DNA of 60,910 nucleotides, counting the filler. It is 14 parts of 14 records of this genome, joined end to end, with 100 filler letters (N's around TTAATTAATTAA, not from the genome) between each part and the next. Parts side by side here need not be neighbours in the genome. Positions count along the whole stretch, not along the records: positions 47,068 to 50,417 come from SRR7504441_103755; positions 50,518 to 54,806 come from SRR7504441_104011; positions 54,907 to 60,910 come from SRR7504441_104041; 11 more parts are not named here. The stretch is one strand, 5' to 3'. Shown piece after piece: positions 47,151-58,302 of the stretch (its first letter is position 1; each line of letters starts with the position of its first letter). The translations under genes and the position numbers were made by a program. The notes under the pieces were generated by a model. The model was not told the DNA's origin, searched no databases, and saw nothing but the letters and a program-made list of their open reading frames with translations.

Positions 47151-48292
47151 CTATGATTCCTTGGTCTTACTTCTCGCACGCCTCACAACACATGCAATCT
47201 CGAACAAGAGCTGCGCCCCAACCTGTCCCCCGGCTCACCAAGGCACCGATCGCCGACTCACCATAGCAGTGTTGCCAGTCTGGTCCCACGGCGGGGCGAC
47301 TTCCACTACGTCGGCTCCAATTAGATTCATCCGGTCCAGACCACGGAGCATCATCTGCACCGCAACAGGACTCAGCATGCTGGACGCTCAGCAGCTACCT
47401 GAGCCTCCAGCACCGTCATCCCGCCCACTTCCGGCGTACCGGTCCCGGGTGCGTACACTGGATCGAGTGCATCCACATCAAACGAGATATACGTCGGCTG
47501 ATCCACGCCGCAGACCCGGTACGCCTCCTCGACCACCGCAGCCGGCCCGCCTTGCCTGATCATCTCGTACAGCTCGGGCATGTATATCACACGCATCCCT
47601 GAGTCGTGGCTGAATTTCCACATGTCTGGATCACCGAGTGAGCCACGGATCCCAATCTGAATTGTCCGCGTGGGATCGAGCAGACCCTCGTCTACCGCCA
47701 CCTTGAACGGCGAACCGTGATGGAACCTGGAGCCACTGTAGTCGTCCCCTGTATCGCAGTGCGCATCAAAGTGCACCATCCCGATCGGCCCGTCCCTGGC
47801 CAGCGCCCGGAAGATTGGCAGCGTGATTGAGTGGTCGCCTCCGACTGAGAGCGGAACCACGTTTGCGTCCTTGAGCTCATGGAACCTGCGCTCGATGCAC
47901 TGGTGCGCCTTTTCAATGCTGAACGGCGTGTCTGCCACCGCGTCCCCGATGTCCCTTAGCCGGAGCCCTGGCCCGTGCGGCGAGCCGGGCTTCTCTTGGT
48001 GGAACGGCCGGATCAGGTTGGTCGATTGGGTTCGCACCTCGCGCGGCCCGTGCCGCGCCCCCGGGCGGTTGGTGACTCCGCCGTCGTACGGGACTCCAAT
48101 CAGTCCGAGGTCCACCTTGGAGAGGTCGGTCTCGACCGGTGCCCGCAGGAAGCTGGCCAGCCCGCTGAACCGGTGATATCCCGTGGGGTAGTCCCCCGCA
48201 ACAGTGCACAGCGCCCGGCGCAGACCGGCGCACTCGCGGCTGGCCGCCCGGATCTCATTGGCCAACCGGGCAGCCCGGAAAGCCGAGATCAT
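47151..48292 (-). CDS. AGMAT: Agmatinase/ureohydrolase with probable mitochondrial presequence; two 3' introns
   Basis: GVPYDGGVTNRPGARHGP, GGDHSIT, HFDAHCD, SFDVDALDPVYAPGTGTPEVGG, GADVVEVAP; Arg-rich N-terminus MISAFRAARL. Confidence 0.92.
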
Positions 48293-48355
48293 TGCGGTGC
48301 CTCGGGCGGGTGAAGCCGTTAGACCGCCGGGGCAGCTCATCAGTGCCCGGCGCAA

Positions 48356-50417
48356 ATGGAGGAGGCCGGCTTCGTCGACGCGGGTGGGCCAGCTGTGGGC
48401 TGGCGTCGAGCGCGTCGGTGGGCAGGGGCCCCAGTGCGGACGGTCAACCCGCGGAACGATACCTTCGAGTGAGCTGGCCGGTGGAGCGGCCGGTTGAGTG
48501 GGGCGCAGTCCGACGGACGAGAAGATCAAAGAGGACATCGTGCGGATGATGATACAATACCTGGAGAAGGCGGGGCTGGTCACCACCATGATGACCCTCC
48601 AGGCGCGCCCGAGCCGCTGCCCCCCCGACCGTCGCGTGCAGGACGAGGCAGCGGTCAAGTCGGGCGAGCATCAGGCCAGGCGGTCACAGCTGCGCAGGGC
48701 CAAGAAGCTGATCCGGGATGGCGAGTGGGAGGAGGTGTACAAGCTCTGCTCAAAGTTCGCCGCCAAGACCCACAACCAGATGTATAAGAGGTGGCGAGCC
48801 GGGGTGCGGCCAGCCCAGCCGGGGCGGGCAGCTTCCTGTACACTATGCACAAGCAGCAATTCCTGGAGCTGATAGAGCGGATGGAAGTCCAGAAGGTGCA
48901 CGGAGTCCGCGCCCGGGCTCAGCAGCTGGCAACAGGCTTTTGCGCACCTGACTAAGCGGCTCAAACCACTAGAGGGGTGCTGCCGTGGCTGCGCGCCCGG
49001 GCTGACTGGAGCTGTGCAGCTACCAGGCCGAAGTGAATGAGTTCCGCGACCTGTGCTACATGCTCACCTGCAAGTCGGTGCAGGACGTGGGCGCCTTCAA
49101 GGTGGCTGCCCCCTCAGGGTGGCGTGATCTGCTCGCAGGACTGGGATGTGGCATCCGGCCGCCAGCTGCTCTGTGATCAGTTCACCCTGATGTTAAACCT
49201 AGACGAGAACCGAGACAGCGTGGTGCACACCCGGGTGCCGGCGGACAGGCTTGTAGGGATGCTGCAGCAGGCTGTGGCCTATCAAATAGAGTCGAATCGT
49301 TACCACCCGGACGCAACCCCTAGGATTTCCACTCTGCTTGAGGACTACCACTCGTGTGTGCTGCCGAACACGACGCTCTGTACGCTGGTCGGGCATACAG
49401 CCAACGTCAAGTGTGTGAAGTTTGTGGGCGAGCAAGGCCAGTGGGTGGCCACGGGTTCGTCAGACCGCACAGTTCGGTTGTGGGACACCGCTTCAGGCGA
49501 GGCCTTGGCCACCTTCACTGGGCACACTGGCCGAGTGTGGGACGTGGATGGCGCGACCCAGGGCGAGATGATGGCCAGCGGGTCGGGCGACGGGACTATC
49601 CGGCTGTGGAGTCTTGAGCTGGAGCGGGCTGGGCAGAGTGAAGGCAGCTGCCTTGCGGTGATGGATGGCAAGGGGCAGGGGCACAGTGGGGACGTTTACT
49701 CGGTCCGGTTTCACCCCAACCAGAGCCATCTGGTCAGCGCGGGTTACGACAACACGGTCAAGCTGTTCGATGTGAGCACAGGCCAAGTGGTCAAGACGTT
49801 TGTGGGGCACACTGCGTCTGTCGCGAGTGCGATCTTCAACCCACATGGCAACCTGGTGGCCACAGGTTCCAAGGACTCGACCATACGGTTCTGGGACATT
49901 GTGTCCGGCGCGTGCATCCACACCTTCTCGAGGCAGCTTGGCGAGGTCACCTCCGTGCAGATGAATAGAGACGGCTCTCTGATGCTCTCTGGCTCCAAAG
50001 ACAACTCCAACCGGCTGTGGGACATCAGGATGCTAAATCCGCTCCGCAAGTACAAGGGCCATTCGAACACGACTAAGAGCTTTATCAGGTCCGCAGCAGT
50101 AGACAGCGGCTGTGACTAGAACGTTCTGTTGGCAGGTGCATCTTTGGAGCGCAGCAGCAGACAGTGTTTGGGGGCTCGGAAGACGGGCGGGTCTACATGT
50201 GGGACTTCGAGTCGGCCACTCTCCTCAGGACCTGCATCGGGCACACGGGTGTAGTATATGATGTGGCATGGAATCCGCATCAGTCTTTACTTGCTAGCTG
50301 CTCTGATGACCACACGGCTCGGATATGGGGGTTTGACACCTCTCGATCTCTTGATCATAGCATGGGACTGCGACGTAGTAGCTTCGCCAGCCGTGGTAGC
50401 TTCGCGAGCCTGGGGAC
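48356..50417 (+). CDS. LisH-CTLH-WD40 protein (SMU1/WDR26/TOPLESS-like architecture), multi-intron
   Basis: DIVRMMIQYL..TLQDE (LisH), LIRDGEWEEV, KQQFLELIE, VPADRLVGMLQQAV, seven GH..WD repeats. Confidence 0.88.
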
Positions 50418-50580
50418 NNNNNNNNNNNNNNNNNNNNNNNNNNNNNNNNNNNNNNNNNNNNTTAATTAATTAANNNNNNNNNNNNNNNNNNNNNNNNNNN
50501 NNNNNNNNNNNNNNNNNAAGGCAGGCGCGTTATTTTAGTACATGACTAGTACCTCGAGTCAGTTTAATACCGTGCGTTGT

Positions 50581-52175
50581 TTAGTTGTTTAACATGACAT
50601 AGCCACTGTCGTCGTCTTCATCACTTGTCTTTAATCGGCGATACCAGCAGATGACCCCGATAGCTGTCAAGATAGCTGCAAACGCGAGCACACTGCCCAC
50701 TACAATCATTGCGATAGAGCTGCCACTGCACGAGCTCGATGAGGTGTCACTTCCGGATGGTGTTATTGGAGACGACCGCACTGCGTCCATGAAACCTTTT
50801 AAAGGACCACTCAAGCAACGTGTAGAGAGGCGCTCAGCGATCAGCGTCTTGAACACGTCAAAGTCGCACATATAGGTGTCATTGCTGCTGCTCATGCAAC
50901 CTGGTATTGCTATGGGCACCCAGGTAATGTTGCTTGAGGAGTTGGTCTTTGCACTGATTAGCATGCCGTCTGGTGAATTCCCAATGAAACCGAGCCGCAC
51001 ATAGTGCTTTCCCTACCAGCCCTCATGTTAGGATCGCAGCCGCAGTTTGGCATTGCACCGTACTATCAACAAAGAGCTCGTGGACAAGTTGTCCAACGAA
51101 GATTGGCTGGTCCCAGAGCCAGCCTGTACTCCAGTACCCCCCTTGCAAATCACATCCTTCAGAGGCAACCTTTGCCAAACATACCTTTCCAATACGTCTC
51201 GAGGGAGAGCAGCCCAGGGCAGTTTGCCAGCTGGCTGATGTTTGCTATTTCGGAGGCGAAGTTGCTCGACACGTATCTATTCACGTCGCCGCCCACCATA
51301 CCGTTGACTTGCTCCTCAGTTGCACGGCTGCATCCTGGGAACATGTTGTCGTCTTGTCCCTCGCTGAACATCATATGCACCAGTGTTGACGGAGTTGTCA
51401 CTGCAGCCGGCACAGAGGGGCAACCATCGTAAAGTCCGCTCAGCAAGCCCTCAGCTGTCTTCTCATCCCGCTCTTCTGGGTCCGCATAGGCTCTGACAGC
51501 GTCGAGGTCGCAGCTTGGGTTAAGGCTGCTGTACCGATCGCGAAGGAACCTGCCCTGGGCCATCGCCAGCAGCAATCCATTGTGAGTGAGGTAGCCCGAG
51601 GGCACATCGCCCCACACACTGCGCGGAAGCTCCAAGCAGTCATCCCCGGCAGCGGCAGTGCTGAAATTGGAGGGCACTGCACCACTGCTCAGTCGGCTGT
51701 TCCTCCATCTAATGCGAGCGAACACGCTATTGGCTACATTGCCAAACTCAGTGGGAGGATCAAAGCCCTTCTTTGGCGCAGCCTCGGGTCGCGCCGGGCC
51801 GGGGCTCCCTGCAGCTCCGCACAGGAACTCGACGAAGGCAGCCACGTGCACACCGAGCTCGCCATTTTGGCAGGCGTGCTCGAACACCGTGTGCGCTTTG
51901 GACGGCCCCAGGTGGCTCAGGGCCGCGGGGCAGGCCGCTCTGAGTCCGTGCGTCAGCTCCCAGTAGTCGACCAGACCGTCGCTGTCGGCGTCGCACCGTC
52001 GGAGCAGCGGGAGCAGCGCCGCTTGAGCTTCGCGGGGCTCCTGCTGGACTAATCTCCGGAGCTCCCGGGCCGCCGGCAGCTCGCTCAGCCCAATCAAGCT
52101 CCGCCGGGGTGGCGCGCTCTTGTGCCGGGCCCGCATCCGCCGCTTCACCCCGCCCAGCCCCCAGCCCGTGGCCAT
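50581..52175 (-). pseudogene. Chimeric EF-hand / histidine acid phosphatase remnant with TM helix and GYVML tail
   Basis: DADSDGLVDYWEL, then GYLTHNG..GRFLRDRY..AYAD..RDEKTAEGLLSGL; neither RHG nor HD catalytic motif is visible. Confidence 0.5.
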
Positions 52176-52247
52176 GCTTTTCTTATCTTTTTATTTATTG
52201 AAGATCGTGGTCCCATGCATGAAGAATGTGAAGACTGGTGAGCAGCG

Positions 52248-52649
52248 ATGAGCTCGGCACTCAAGCTCAAGAAGAAGAAGGAGCGGGGATTCATCGCCAA
52301 CCATGAGACCTCGCTCTACATCGACGAGCTCGAGCTCAAACTCGAAAACTACCCGCGACTCGAGGCGCCCCGCCCTCTCCGCGGCCGTCAGCCCCCGCAG
52401 GAGCGGATCGCCGAGCTTATTGCCGAGCTCAAGAAGCGAGAGCTGCAAATCAGCGAGCTCGAGGAAGCCGCCGAGCGCGGGGCGAGGCAGACAAGCTGGC
52501 TGGGGAACTGGAGGGGGCACAGGCGGAGGCGAGCAGGCTTTCGGGGGAGTTGGACGGGGCCAAGGAAGAGGCGGGCAAGTTGGCCGGCGAGCTGGAAGAG
52601 GTGCGCGAGGAGACGGAGAAGCTGTCTGGCGCACTGACAATTGCCTAAT
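52248..52649 (+). pseudogene. Coiled-coil gene fragment with GC-AG intron 52365-52400 and apparent frameshift near 52480
   Basis: Heptads EADKLAGELEGAQAEASRLSGELDG continue in a different frame from the start. Confidence 0.45.
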
Positions 52650-53432
52650 GACGAGTTGTAGGCCTTCTCTCGCACTAAAGCCTCTAATCCGCGTTTCTTT
52701 CGCTCGTACGCTACCTTCGCCTTGTACAAAGCACCTTCTAGCAAAGGGTAGTCTTTAGCTAATGGGGATTGAAACCCTGACGACTGGTACTTGTCTTTCA
52801 ATATCTTGAGAAATCCGTCTTGTTGTGCCTCGAACCGTCCCACCAGCGAGGTCGCCTTTTCCCTTGCTTTTCCCTCCTCAATGCCATTTGATCTGTATAC
52901 ATCTGCCACTCTGGCGGTGAATTCGTCCAGGCGCATTCCTGGACGTTCGTCTTTTTTTATTCTGTCACGGAGCTCTCGAATCACCCGGGTCACGATTTCG
53001 TCGAATTGCACACAGCTATCAGGCAGGACCTGACAGTAATGCTCACACATCTCCTTTGACTCTACACGACCAGCTCCACTGATGTCCAGGCTTTTCGTAA
53101 GTTGGTGCGTGGTCACACCAGAAACTTGATCAATGAAAGCTATCTCGCGCGATGTAATGAATCCCGATCTATCAAAGTTGTTGAGCTGCTTCGTCGCGCA
53201 TCCTTTTGGCATCTTCCATACACTGAAGACGTCCATGCTCCTGTAATTTCATATTGGCCATAGACTGCCGAGCCGCACTATACTGCGTATCTAGGAGCTC
53301 CAGAGCAGCGGTCTGATCGCGCACTGCTTGCTCCAAATGTTGGATCTGTACCTGTGCCAATTGCCCGCGCCATACATCATTTGATGTGGTTTTTAAATCT
53401 GATGTGTACATGTGAAGTTTATAGACTACCAA
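52640..53432 (-). pseudogene. Frameshifted EF-hand-like gene fragment
   Basis: AAQQL* and FDRSGFIT lie in different frames across caacaactttgataga; LDISGAGRVESKEM. Confidence 0.4.
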
Positions 53433-54385
53433 TTAATTATTTGCTTTTAGAACAAAGCTCCTTCGATTCAGCTTGCGAGCTTGCGTTACTCACTTATAAT
53501 TACACGCTCAGACAACCTGGTAAGAGTCCGTAAGACCCCACTGGTGGGTCGACGTCTCTGCTGGTAAGAGATAGTAGGCCCAACTGTTGGGGGTTTGGCA
53601 CGGACTGAGATGGGCGAGGCTGAGGACGCCGCGGCGGCGATGGGGGTGCGTGGGGCCGGTCTGGCGAGGCCCAGGGGTGGGTCCCCGGAACCAGCCCCCG
53701 GTGGCCGACCGGCGGGCCTCGAGGTGCGCCACCGCGGGAAGCACGTTGATGTGTGCGGCAGGCCTCCGGTTCGGCAGCGGGTGCTCGAGCGGCTCGGGAT
53801 GGCGCCCAGGGAGTCTCACCGCCGGCCCAGAGCCCGGGGGTGCGGCTGCTGATCGGCCCGTGGTGCTGATCACGGGCACGTTTGCAGGCGTCAGCGTCGG
53901 ACTCGCCGCCGGGATCGAGCGATGCGCCGGTGGGACTCTGCCCTAGACCCACCGCCGGCCGGCAGGCTGTGCGCCACTGCACCGGCGAGTAGCCGATGAC
54001 TGCCTCCTGCTGATCTCGGCGGCGGGACTCACTCTCGGTGCCGGCAGGGTTCGGCGGAACCAGCGGACGGGTGGCCGCAGATTGGTGCTCTGGTGAGTGC
54101 TTTTAATTTGCTTTTAATTATCGGGCCGGACCGGGGTTGTGAGCTACTGCTGGCAGTGCGGCTGACCAGAGTGTGGCAGTGGCTATTGCTGGGCGCGTTT
54201 CATTCGGTGAAGCAGACCGACCGAAATGGCACCGAGCAATAGCCGCTGTCAGCAACCCAGCGATAATCTTGTGGCGTATGCCTGCCTGTGTGTGCCCTAG
54301 TCCACGCCGGTAAAGGTGTTGAGCAAACTCGGTGCTGCAGGGTGAGAGGAGCAAGCAGCAGTGCAGCCCAAGCTTAGCACCCGCC

Positions 54386-54806
54386 ATGAAAGCAGCAGTA
54401 AAACCGGTGGACGCCATGCTTGCCCTCCAGCAGCGATTATCTACAATGCAGCTGGACAGAGATAAAGCGCGCTCGCAGCTGCAGCCAGTCGCAGCAGCCG
54501 AGCAAAAGGCTGCGGGCGAGCTGGCTCACGCAGAGGCCCAGCAAGAGAGCTTGTCAAAGGAGGTAGCGTATCGGCGGGAGGGCGCTACTGTGTGATTCGG
54601 TTTGTTGTGACAGTTGGCGGCGAAGACGGTTGAATGCGCGACCCAACAGCGGCAGATCACAGACCTGGAAGCGTCTCTCCGGTCCGAGGTGAGCCAGCAT
54701 GCCTGGGTCTAGGCTCTCTTGAGCGTTGCTTAGGGTGAGGGCTTCATGCGACGGGCGGACCAGATGAAAGCAGTTGTGGTCGAAGCGCATGCGCAGATTG
54801 CACGCA
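54386..54806 (+). CDS. Coiled-coil protein fragment with two introns
   Basis: Heptad ORF continues across GT-AG introns to the contig edge. Confidence 0.45.
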
Positions 54807-54930
54807 NNNNNNNNNNNNNNNNNNNNNNNNNNNNNNNNNNNNNNNNNNNNTTAATTAATTAANNNNNNNNNNNNNNNNNNNNNNNNNNNNNNNNNNNNNN
54901 NNNNNNGGGGGGGGGGGGGGGGGGGGGGGG

Positions 54931-55124
54931 CAGAGCTGGAGCACGTGCGGATGTTAACGGAAGAGCTCACCTACCAGAGCGGCCAGATGGAGGAAGAGAA
55001 CGCCCGGGCCAGGGAGCAGGCCGAGCAGGCGGACGAGGCGGATGAGCCGGCGGCGGTAGTGGAGCCAGCGGCGTTGGCAGCGCTCAACGAGGAGCTCGAT
55101 GGGGTGGACAAGCTCGGGGTCTGA
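54931..55124 (+). CDS. 3' end of an acidic coiled-coil protein
   Basis: ELEHVRMLTEELTYQ..GVDKLGV*. Confidence 0.45.
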
Positions 55125-55407
55125 GTAACTCAGGTGCGCCTATACCGTGCCGGTTGAGTTCGATTGTGCGAATGACCAGTGCATTTTACGCACCCAATGT
55201 ACGCACGTAGCGTATTAATTCGTGTTAAGTGACGTATTGTGCGCCCAATTCGGCGTTCAACCATAATCAAATATTTTAAGATTTAAGATTGTAGACTTCC
55301 CTGATGATCGGCTAGAAGGCTACTTTGTGTATACTGTGTGGCCGCCCTACCGGGGATTGTGTACTATGCATGGGTAATTGTAGGCTACTAGGTCAAGCCT
55401 CCTTAGC

Positions 55408-56946
55408 TTACATTTCTTGCAAAGGGCACTTTTCCCTTAGCGCATCGGACCCATTGGCGTCCCAGGCCTCCTTGGTCAGCCACCACTCGCTGCCCTTGTT
55501 TCTGGTGATGTCGGCAAGCACAGATCCGCCTTGAAAGACCATGTGCCTTCGCCTCGGGGCCGATTCGACATTGATCTTCATCTTGCCTCTGTCGTCCACC
55601 TTGCTGCTGTACAGCCCCTTGATCTCGGCCTCAATCCGCGTCGGCAGCCCGGGGAACATCGTACTCCCCCCTGCACAGATAGAGAATCATCAACCGAAAG
55701 GTGCCCGGCCACACCGGATAGCACAATGTGCTCATACAGCGACTCGCGGCAGTCTAGCGGGGCCTTGCTGATGGCTGTGAACACCAGCTCTGCGATCCCC
55801 GGCTTCTCGATGTCGATTATCTTAGGGTTGAACAGGATCTCCGCGGCCTGGAACCTCTCCGCATTCAACGTGATGTCGCTCCCGTCCGGAAGCTGCCCCG
55901 GGTCAGAGCCTGCCACGGCCAGGCCCACCGTGAAGGTCTCTGTGAGCGTGGTGGTCTCGTTGGCCAGCTTCTCCTCAAGCTTGGTATCGAGCCTGCCCGA
56001 ACTCACCCCACCAGCCAGACAGCGAGCTCACGCCACGTAGCAATACTTGTCCTTCATCAGCCGGGCGGTCTCCATGTCCGCCGTCCGGTTGAACGAATAC
56101 CTCCAGCCCGGTCAGCAGGCTGCCGCCCGGCCCGGCACCCTCGCTTCACCAGCAGATCGATCAGTCGTTGGGTCAAATGTCGTCCGGCCACGTTCAATCG
56201 CTCGGTGCAGTTAGGCAGGACAAACCCGTCATACACGGGAATCACGTGCGACACCCCGTCGCCGCAGTCGAGTACCGTACCGGACATGAGCCCTGCCGCC
56301 AGTCGGGGGACCGCGCGGCCCGGCGCTCACCCTGGGAGTACAGCACGAGGACCGCCTGAGTGTCGACATGCACCGCACGGAAGCCTGGCCGGCCAGTGAG
56401 CCCCCGGCACGGCCCGAGCCTGACCGTAGTGCTCGAACATTATTTGAACCATCCGTTCCCGGTTGGCCCAAGGGTTCATCGGGGCCTCGGTCAGCAGCAC
56501 CTGGGTCTCGGCCGGGTCCACTTTGAGTTTATTGAAGAAGGCGTGGTCCCACAGCTGCCGCCTGGGGTCGGCCCAGCCTCACGGGGGGTGGGGCACGTGG
56601 ATCATCCCATCCCAATCCTGGACGATCCCTTCGGTGATCGGCATCGACACCTCCAGGTTCTGCCGGGCCGCTTGGCACTTCTCGCCGACCATCACGTCCT
56701 GCCCTGGGCTGAGCCGCCGAGCGCGGGGCCGGGCACCTCGAGCTCCATCTCCACCATTCGCTCCTCGGACCGCACGATCGGTGTGCCGAACATGGAAGGG
56801 AACATCGACGACGGGAAGTTCTCGCCCGCGAACCCGCACTTGAGGAAACCTGCCGGCCTGGCTCGGCCGGCCGCCGGGGCCCGGGCTGGGGCAATCGGCG
56901 CACCGGTGCCATTGTCCACCACCACAGTGTTCTTCACCGCGGCCAT
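55408..56946 (-). CDS. ARP2: Actin-related protein 2, about 9 short introns
   Basis: [74 protein letters not shown]. Confidence 0.93.
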
Positions 56947-57200
56947 CGTGCAGATCGAGCACCAGCTGTGTGGCGCTCCTCCTCCGGAGCCGTTGCAACG
57001 GAACTCGTCGCGGACTCGCAAAACGAGGGGAACAATGTTCGGCGGCGGGGCAGACAGGAATTGATTGCACTACGCTAAGTCTTTTGACGTGTGTATGCCC
57101 GTACACGTAAAAGCTTAGAGAATATGTTAACTGACTCGGCCAATCAATGACATATTAAACTGAAACAATTCAAGACTGAGTACTTCCCGTCGTTCTCAGG

Positions 57201-58268
57201 CTAGACGGTGCTGCTCGACAGGCCGCCCGCAGCGATTGCTAGTCCGGAGAGTGCCAACCCCGCTGCCCAACCGCAAAAGTGCGCCACATGGTCAGTCGAG
57301 CCTCGACTACCGCCCTCTGCCCCACCTCTCTCGCCCCACCCGATTGCCGCTAGATCCGAAACAGGCAGCAGCACACACCCGGCGCATATGGCCATCGATG
57401 GTGACCGCCAAGAGCGCGCGGCGCCCTGGGCTAGTTTCCTCGCATGCAGAACGCCGCCCGCAGCGGCCAGCCCACACACTGAGGCGCTCCCCCCGATCAC
57501 CTCACGGTGGCTTTCATACGCCCACCGCTTGTACGGCCGATACTCGGCCACTAGCCGGTCCACACGGTCCCTGGTCGGGCCGTCCGCGACCCGCTCCTCC
57601 ATTCGGCTCGTTGTGCTCTTAACAATTGTAGTCCTGGCTGCGTCCGTCGACCCGCCGGCCGCCATCAAGATTCGCCGGAGCGTGTGCGTGCTCTGCTGGG
57701 GAAACTGCTCGGCCAGCGCCCACACCCGCGCCCGCAGCCGCTCGGGCACCGCCAAGAGCTCCATCTCCTGTCGCCGGCGCTCTCTACTCATCGGTTCACC
57801 GGCTGCAAGCAGGTTGAAGCTCAGGCCCGGGGCCGTAAGCCCGTTGGCGATGCCGTTGCGCAGCTGCGCGTCCCGCCGCAACACCCGGCTGTTGAACTCC
57901 TGTATCGAGCCGGCGGTCCGCCTCTCCGCGGCCGGGGCGAACCGACTGGCCGTGTACGCGATGCTGGCCGCGGTCCCGGCCGTGCCGCTCACCAAGTACA
58001 CAGAGAGCAGCCCAGCCGGGCCCAGGCTGCCCGTCGGGAGCAGGCTGGCGCAGACCAGCAGCGCGGCCGAGTTGGCCGCCAGGTGGGCCGGGGCGGCGTG
58101 GACGGCCTGGGCGGTGCAGAGAGTCCACGCGGCCCCGCCGGTCACCTGGTGCCAGGAGGCCCCCAGCGGGAGACCCGCCGCACTGGCCAGGCTGGCCGCC
58201 CCGCCGCAGGCCACTAGGAGCCCGCACGGCGCCAGCAGAGGCCCCAAGCTCGGCCAGGCCGCTGCCAT
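57201..58268 (-). CDS. Rhomboid intramembrane protease with large internal insertion
   Basis: HAAPAHLAAN, YLVSGTAG, GGSASVCG (catalytic Ser), DHVAHFCG (catalytic His). Confidence 0.75.
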   Translation of the reverse strand: MAAAWPSLGPLLAPCGLLVACGGAASLASAAGLPLGASWHQVTGGAAWTLCTAQAVHAAPAHLAANSAALLVCASLLPTGSLGPAGLLSVYLVSGTAGTAASIAYTASRFAPAAERRTAGSIQEFNSRVLRRDAQLRNGIANGLTAPGLSFNLLAAGEPMSRERRRQEMELLAVPERLRARVWALAEQFPQQSTHTLRRILMAAGGSTDAARTTIVKSTTSRMEERVADGPTRDRVDRLVAEYRPYKRWAYESHREVIGGSASVCGLAAAGGVLHARKLAQGAARSWRSPSMAICAGCVLLPVSDLAAIGWGERGGAEGGSRGSTDHVAHFCGWAAGLALSGLAIAAGGLSSSTV

Positions 58269-58302
58269 GCAGCACCGCGAGGGCCTTGACCGCTGACTCA
58301 GA

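Noticed and set aside
54907-54930. G24 tract as a G-quadruplex element
   Set aside because: It is at a contig end, typical of a poly-G sequencing artefact
57208-58296. Long antisense ORFs (also 3520..4722, 6308..7246, 25873..26541) as overlapping genes
   Set aside because: Expected shadows of GC-rich codon usage; they have no motifs and the opposite strand has the recognisable protein
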